Shown here: piece after piece, positions 59,824 to 64,000 of the stretch
How the letters are laid out: each line of letters starts with the position of its first letter
Position numbering within the stretch: the stretch's first letter is position 1
IMG/VR virus record: IMGVR_UViG_3300025280_000023
Location: 32,001 to 96,000 of that record
Origin: a virus
Reading direction: 5' to 3' (one strand)
DNA length: 64,000 nucleotides
The notes under the pieces: generated by a model
The model's input: the letters and a program-made list of their open reading frames with translations, nothing else
Database searches by the model: none
What the model was told of the DNA's origin: nothing
Position numbers and translations under genes: made by a program

Positions 59824-60171
59824 TTATACATCCTTAGGGATGAAATGAAGCGGATCGCCGCCTTGGCTCGCCGGGTCCATTATGCGACTTACGGTGCTAA
59901 AGGGGTTCGAGTCATCAGGCTTTTTGTGTCTTGACGGACCGGGCGGAGTTGCAGGCTCTCCATGAGTCAATGCCATCGCTAGCTCTCTGCTCTCGGCGGC
60001 GGACCCTTGCGTATCGGGGTCAACATCGTCATCCAGTCCCGTTGGAACCAAAGATTGCTGAGGATCAACAATGCCGGATGTGCCCTCTGCGCTAGACCCT
60101 TGTCGCAGCTTATACTGCTGCTCGTTTACGAACTGGTCCCATTTTCCCAATATGAGTTTCATATCCCGCAT
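59824..60171 (-). CDS. Hypothetical protein with N-tag MRDMKLILGKWDQFVNE
   Basis: CTAATTAT 3 nt upstream of ATG 60171. Confidence 0.7.
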   Translation of the reverse strand: MRDMKLILGKWDQFVNEQQYKLRQGSSAEGTSGIVDPQQSLVPTGLDDDVDPDTQGSAAESRELAMALTHGEPATPPGPSRHKKPDDSNPFSTVSRIMDPASQGGDPLHFIPKDV

Positions 60172-60769
60172 GCTATAATTAGGCGACAACATTAGAAAAA
60201 ACACTTACACTTAAGTGGCAACGAAACTGATCAAAGCATAAAAGAGCACCAAAGCTACGCCCCAAAGAAACGGCCCTCCAAGAGCTTTAGCCCCACCAGC
60301 TAGGCCCCCGTATAGAGCAGCCCTTTAAAAAGCCCCCTATACACCAATAACCCTTGAACATAAAGATTGTCCGCCCCATGAACCTGTAAGTAATCCTTAA
60401 TAGTTCAAAAATACCTTGAAAAAATTTTTCCCAATGCCCATAATAGGCATTCCTTTAAGAATACATGGCTGGACATTGCCCACATTGAAAAACGCTAAAC
60501 GCTGTACCCGATTAGATTCGTTCTAGACGCTGATAGCCAACAATGGGAACATCCGGTAGCACCAAGGAGCACACGGATGACTTGGGTGCCCAAGGAGCAC
60601 AAACCATGGGAGCGCCTGGGATCAAAACAAAAGGGAACATCTGGGAAAATGGGGTCCATTATGAGCGCGTATTAGGGCGGTGCCCCCACCCATCGGCCCC
60701 CCCTGGGACATACTTTACCTAGGTTGTCAAGGGTTTTCTTTGTTCACCTGTTTTTCCTTGACACGCTGT

Positions 60770-60880
60770 GGTGTGCCTGTGTGGCCCTGTGTGGCCTTGG
60801 GGAGCCTGGGGCAGCCCTGGGTATGCCTGGGGTGCCTGGGGTGCGTCCTGGGGGCACTGTGGGCTACCTGGGGGGCTTGT
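60770..60880. repeat. G-tract-rich degenerate repeats (CCTGGGG, GTGTGGCC)
   Basis: Multiple GGG-GGGGGG runs separated by short spacers. Confidence 0.7.
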
Positions 60881-61024
60881 GTTTGATCCCCCTCGCATTC
60901 CCTGTGGTTATTGTTCACTTGATTCATAGTCGTTCCCTTGGCTTCCCTGTTCACCGGGTTCAATCTGTTCCAATTGAACCGAGTGAACAAGGGGGCACCC
61001 GGTTTCCCAGGTGCCCCGCCTGTC

Positions 61025-62110
61025 CTAGCTCGCGAAGCCCAGGGCCTGCCCGGTCTGCGTCAGGTCCCCTGCGTTCTGAGTGAACACTCGGAGGAACTGA
61101 TCGGCTTTCTGCGTCGGGCTCTTCTGGTTGAGCAGAACATTCTGCCACCGTGCAGCCTGCTGAGCCTCCTCGGTCCAGGCCGACTCTTCCATACCCTTCC
61201 GGCGCTTCACGCCAGCGTGGTAATTGTCGAACTCACTGAAAGCGTTGAGCGCTCCCCAGGCGGTCTGGCCTGCCAGTTCGGAACCGATGGATCCGCCGTC
61301 GAACAGTCCAGTCAGATAATCCCGCCGGTTGGCGAGGCGGCTGTTCGTCCGGGCTCCGTCCTCGACTTCCTTGACCTTCCCGACACTGAAGTCAAGCAGA
61401 CTATTCCAAGCTTCCTCGTTCACCTGCACACCGGCAGCGGCTTGGTAAAAGTCCTGGACTCCCATCAGCACCCGGATCGCCTCGCCGATTGCAGTGCGGT
61501 ACTCGGCTACGCGCTCATCGGTGACGCGCTTTGTGTGCTTCAGGTTCAGGCCCTTGCCCTTGGATTGCTGGTAGGCGTAGGTGATCGTGTTGGTACAGAC
61601 GGCGCGGGTGGTGCACCCTCCGGCCGTGGCCTTCAGGGCTCCAACGTGATTGTTGAGGAGCATGAAGTAGGGGTCCACCGCGTCTCCCTTGGTTACATCA
61701 AACCGGGTGCCGTCGATCTTGAACTGCACCCAACTCGTTGCGCCCCCGTCGAAGGTGCCAGCCGTGGCGATCTTGAGACCGAATTCATTAACCACTTCTT
61801 CCGGCGGCTGGAGCACACCGAACTCGCCCGTATCCTGAAGGATCCGATAGTCCGACTTGACAATACCGAGCGTGTTGTCTCCGCGAGTCGTCGCCATGAA
61901 GCCGGGGATCTTGGAGCCGCCCGCGACCATGACAGGGCGCTTACGAACCGGGGTGGAGATCCCAGTCTGATCGAACACATCCGCGAGAACCTCGGAGGGC
62001 TTGGCATCGGATTTGTACAATCCATCAATATTGATTCCCGCGCCGTGCCATGGCGTCCGATCGGTGTAAGCGATCGAGTCGGGCATCTGGTTGTTTGTAA
62101 TAAAGGACAT
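61025..62110 (-). CDS. DUF932 family phage/plasmid protein
   Basis: TPWHG, LGIVKSDYRILQD, TAGTFDGG, RAVCTNT, KHT, TAWGALNAFSEF; AGGAG SD. Confidence 0.85.
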   Translation of the reverse strand: MSFITNNQMPDSIAYTDRTPWHGAGINIDGLYKSDAKPSEVLADVFDQTGISTPVRKRPVMVAGGSKIPGFMATTRGDNTLGIVKSDYRILQDTGEFGVLQPPEEVVNEFGLKIATAGTFDGGATSWVQFKIDGTRFDVTKGDAVDPYFMLLNNHVGALKATAGGCTTRAVCTNTITYAYQQSKGKGLNLKHTKRVTDERVAEYRTAIGEAIRVLMGVQDFYQAAAGVQVNEEAWNSLLDFSVGKVKEVEDGARTNSRLANRRDYLTGLFDGGSIGSELAGQTAWGALNAFSEFDNYHAGVKRRKGMEESAWTEEAQQAARWQNVLLNQKSPTQKADQFLRVFTQNAGDLTQTGQALGFAS

Positions 62111-62152
62111 GCGCTAGCTCCTTGGGGCGGTGCCCCGGTTTGGAATGATCCA

Positions 62153-62180
62153 ACAGTACCAAATGGGTCAGTTAAGTCAA
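62153..62180 (-). promoter_or_regulatory. Early sigma70-type promoter
   Basis: TTGACT-N16-TACTGT with TGn extension. Confidence 0.7.
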
Positions 62181-62202
62181 CCCCTTTCTTTCAATCTCTC
62201 GA

Positions 62203-62649
62203 TTAGTCCAACTCGATCCTACGGAACCGCTTGGAATCATTCAGATTATCTTGGGGCGGTGCCGGGGCCGTGGTGGGCCGATCATCAATCTCGATCCGCC
62301 GTGGGCGGCGGGCCAGGGGGTCACGGGTGGGCCGGTTTCCTTTGACTGCACTATCCACCTGGGCGGCCTCTTGGGCCTCGTCCTCCCGGCGGCGCTCGTT
62401 CAGTCTGGTCAGGTAAATCCCCCGGCAGATCCCCACCTGCTGAACCAGTGCGTTCAGAGTGTTCAGAACATCATCGGGCAGGGCTCCGTACTCGCCGATT
62501 TCCTTTAGTCTACCTGAAACGTTCTGGATCTCCTCGTGGGCCATCCCCAGGAGACCGGTGACCCGACCCGTGCGGTTTAGTTCGATGTCCTTATCCGCTG
62601 CGGCCTGGACCTTTAGAACAATTGGGTTGTCGTGCTGGTAGGTGCTCAT
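62203..62649 (-). CDS. Hypothetical early protein
   Basis: GGAGAG SD and its own promoter. Confidence 0.75.
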   Translation of the reverse strand: MSTYQHDNPIVLKVQAAADKDIELNRTGRVTGLLGMAHEEIQNVSGRLKEIGEYGALPDDVLNTLNALVQQVGICRGIYLTRLNERRREDEAQEAAQVDSAVKGNRPTRDPLARRPRRIEIDDRPTTAPAPPQDNLNDSKRFRRIELD

Positions 62650-62675
62650 GGGGCTCTCCCGGTTGGTTCTTCTTC

Positions 62676-62704
62676 ACAGTAATCGAACCTTTTGAAGAAG
62701 TCAA
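62676..62704 (-). promoter_or_regulatory. Early sigma70-type promoter
   Basis: TTGACT-N17-TACTGT. Confidence 0.7.
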
Positions 62705-62751
62705 CGCCTTTCTTTTTTCTGACTCTTTTTTGTTTTTCCGCCCTTTTTTCT

Positions 62752-62940
62752 TTAGTTGCCTTTTTCTTTGGCAGGGCAGTTGCCGGTTAGTGCAATCATA
62801 GCAAACTCGATTCCCTGTCGGCATCCGGCCTCACGGGAATAGTTCAATCGTTCTTTTGCCGTGTTCCTCTCTTCGGGAGTCAGCGCGTGCTGAATAAGGC
62901 ACTTGCATCTTTTCGGCGTGGTGTTCGGGCTTGGCATCAT
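62752..62940 (-). CDS. Small Cys-containing early protein (MMPSPNTTPKRCKC...)
   Basis: AGGAG SD before ATG 62940. Confidence 0.6.
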   Translation of the reverse strand: MMPSPNTTPKRCKCLIQHALTPEERNTAKERLNYSREAGCRQGIEFAMIALTGNCPAKEKGN

Positions 62941-63053
62941 CGGGCTCCTTTTACTTTGATTGTCTTGATTCCCGTGCATCCCTCGTAGTGCCGTCGGATG
63001 CGACCCGGCACGGCAGCGATCTGCTTCCCGCATTGTGTACACTTGTAATACAT
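62937..63053 (-). CDS. Small zinc-finger protein (38 aa, MYYKCTQCGKQ...HYEGC)
   Basis: CxxC-x13-HxxxC; GGGAG SD; ATGA overlap. Confidence 0.65.
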   Translation of the reverse strand: MYYKCTQCGKQIAAVPGRIRRHYEGCTGIKTIKVKGAR

Positions 63054-63085
63054 GACGCTCTCCCTTTTATCCGTTTGACTCCTTC

Positions 63086-63113
63086 ACAGTATCAAACTGA
63101 GCGTAGAAGTCAA
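63086..63113 (-). promoter_or_regulatory. Early sigma70-type promoter
   Basis: TTGACT-N16-TACTGT with TGn extension. Confidence 0.7.
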
Positions 63114-63697
63114 TCGTTTTCTGTCGCGTTCTCGGGATCCTCAAGGGTGCGCTTGTACTGCCTGACTACACTAATCCACCAGTCAGGCCTAATCAGAGTA
63201 AACGCCTTGTTGCGCTCAATGTAGGTAATCTCTCTAAACAATCCCAGCGCGTTCTGCTTGTCTCGCGCTACGGTTTTATATGCATCAGAGTATTGTCCGG
63301 GGAAGCCGTCGCAGTAGTCGGCGCTTTCGTATCCCCCCTGAGCGGCGTCTTTCACCAACTGGCAGACGTTCTGCTTACAGTAATCCTTGACCTCTTCCGC
63401 CGTGGCTCCCAGGGCGATGCACTCATTTGCAATTGCCCTAAACTCGTCCCGTTTTTGTTGGGTTCTTTCTTCTTCTTTCTTCACTTGCTCAATGGTTCTA
63501 AGCAAACGATCAATTGTGGTTTCCTTCCCCATCACACCCGTGCGTGTTTTACTTGTAGTATAGCGCAGGGCTCTGTAGGCGCGATCGACTTTGAAGTGAT
63601 TAGGCAATCCGTTCGGTGCGTACTTGCGGATCAGCCTGCCGTTCTCTTTGATCAGAGACTCAGCATAATCCATTTGCTTTTCAGTTAGCTTCTTCAC
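63110..63697 (-). CDS. Hypothetical early protein (MKKLTEKQMDYAESL...)
   Basis: GGAGG SD and its own promoter. Confidence 0.75.
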   Translation of the reverse strand: MKKLTEKQMDYAESLIKENGRLIRKYAPNGLPNHFKVDRAYRALRYTTSKTRTGVMGKETTIDRLLRTIEQVKKEEERTQQKRDEFRAIANECIALGATAEEVKDYCKQNVCQLVKDAAQGGYESADYCDGFPGQYSDAYKTVARDKQNALGLFREITYIERNKAFTLIRPDWWISVVRQYKRTLEDPENATEND

Positions 63698-63724
63698 CGG
63701 GCGACCTCCGTGCCATCTGTCACC

Positions 63725-63753
63725 ACACTAGCAAATGATTCAGTATGTGTCAA
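63725..63753 (-). promoter_or_regulatory. Early sigma70-type promoter
   Basis: TTGACA-N17-TAGTGT. Confidence 0.65.
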
Positions 63754-63998
63754 CTGACTCTTGTGAACTCATCCTCGGTTATCACATAGGTCTTGGATTT
63801 GATCAATCCTTTCTTTTCCTTTTCAACCACGTTCTTGACGAGGGCAACCTCGTTCAACTTGTTGATCTTCTCAGATAGTTCAAGCGCTTCATCCGTCACA
63901 CTACGAAACATCCGATTGCTTCTTTCCGCGCAGTCAACCTCCAGGCTCAGAGTCCGCAAAGCGTGAAGGATTTGAGATACACTAAACCCGTAGACCTC
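63750..63998 (-). CDS. Hypothetical protein, N-terminus outside window
   Basis: Frame open to the window end. Confidence 0.55.
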   Translation of the reverse strand, partial: EVYGFSVSQILHALRTLSLEVDCAERSNRMFRSVTDEALELSEKINKLNEVALVKNVVEKEKKGLIKSKTYVITEDEFTRVS

Positions 63999-64000
63999 TC

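Noticed and set aside
60680-61083. ORFs on both strands across the G-rich repeats
   Set aside because: Low-complexity translations of repeat DNA
60938-62206. 422-aa plus-strand ORF
   Set aside because: Antisense shadow of the GC-rich DUF932 gene, which has the motifs, SD and promoter
1-64000. Stop-codon reassignment
   Set aside because: Code 11 gives full-length enzymes, and TAA, TAG and TGA all end genes at tight junctions
1-64000. Eukaryotic giant virus or bacterial chromosome origin
   Set aside because: SD sites, bacterial promoters, a gp55-like sigma and S74 fibres, with no housekeeping operons, fit a bacteriophage better
1-64000. tRNA genes, integrases, transposases or reverse transcriptase (DGR/retron)
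   Set aside because: None recognised by eye; the GGTTCGA matches I noticed lack cloverleaf context

Overview
This window looks like part of a large tailed-phage (jumbo-phage-like) genome in the standard code, with Shine-Dalgarno sites, overlapping start/stop codons and sigma70-type promoters. Left to right: (1) a T4 gp55-like sigma factor; (2) a ~20 kb glycosylation operon (nucleotide-sugar epimerases and dehydrogenases, NeuA/NeuB, a GT42-like transferase, GT2/GT4 enzymes, methyltransferases, NadE); (3) a PD-(D/E)XK nuclease and probable virion genes; (4) auxiliary genes (PIN-PhoH, peptide deformylase, Hsp20 with a sigma32-type promoter, nucleotidyltransferase, NUDIX, HAD nucleotidase); (5) myxobacterial-style envelope genes (Cys-rich vWA lipoprotein, CglF/GltF-like protein, outer-membrane beta-barrel) that suggest a Myxococcota-like host; (6) two fibre genes with S74 chaperone domains; (7) a ~610-nt highly structured non-coding RNA with its own promoter and terminator; (8) many unrelated proteins sharing N-terminal tags (MKxLLENWxxF..E or MKIxI...LTE), probably head-packaged cargo; (9) an abrupt switch near 60.7 kb to a GC-richer early region with repeated TTGACT-N16/17-TACTGT promoters. 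A recurrent CTAWTTA motif lies 3-5 nt before many start codons that lack an SD, suggesting a late promoter that makes leaderless mRNAs. All family assignments come from motif recognition by eye; no database searches were run.
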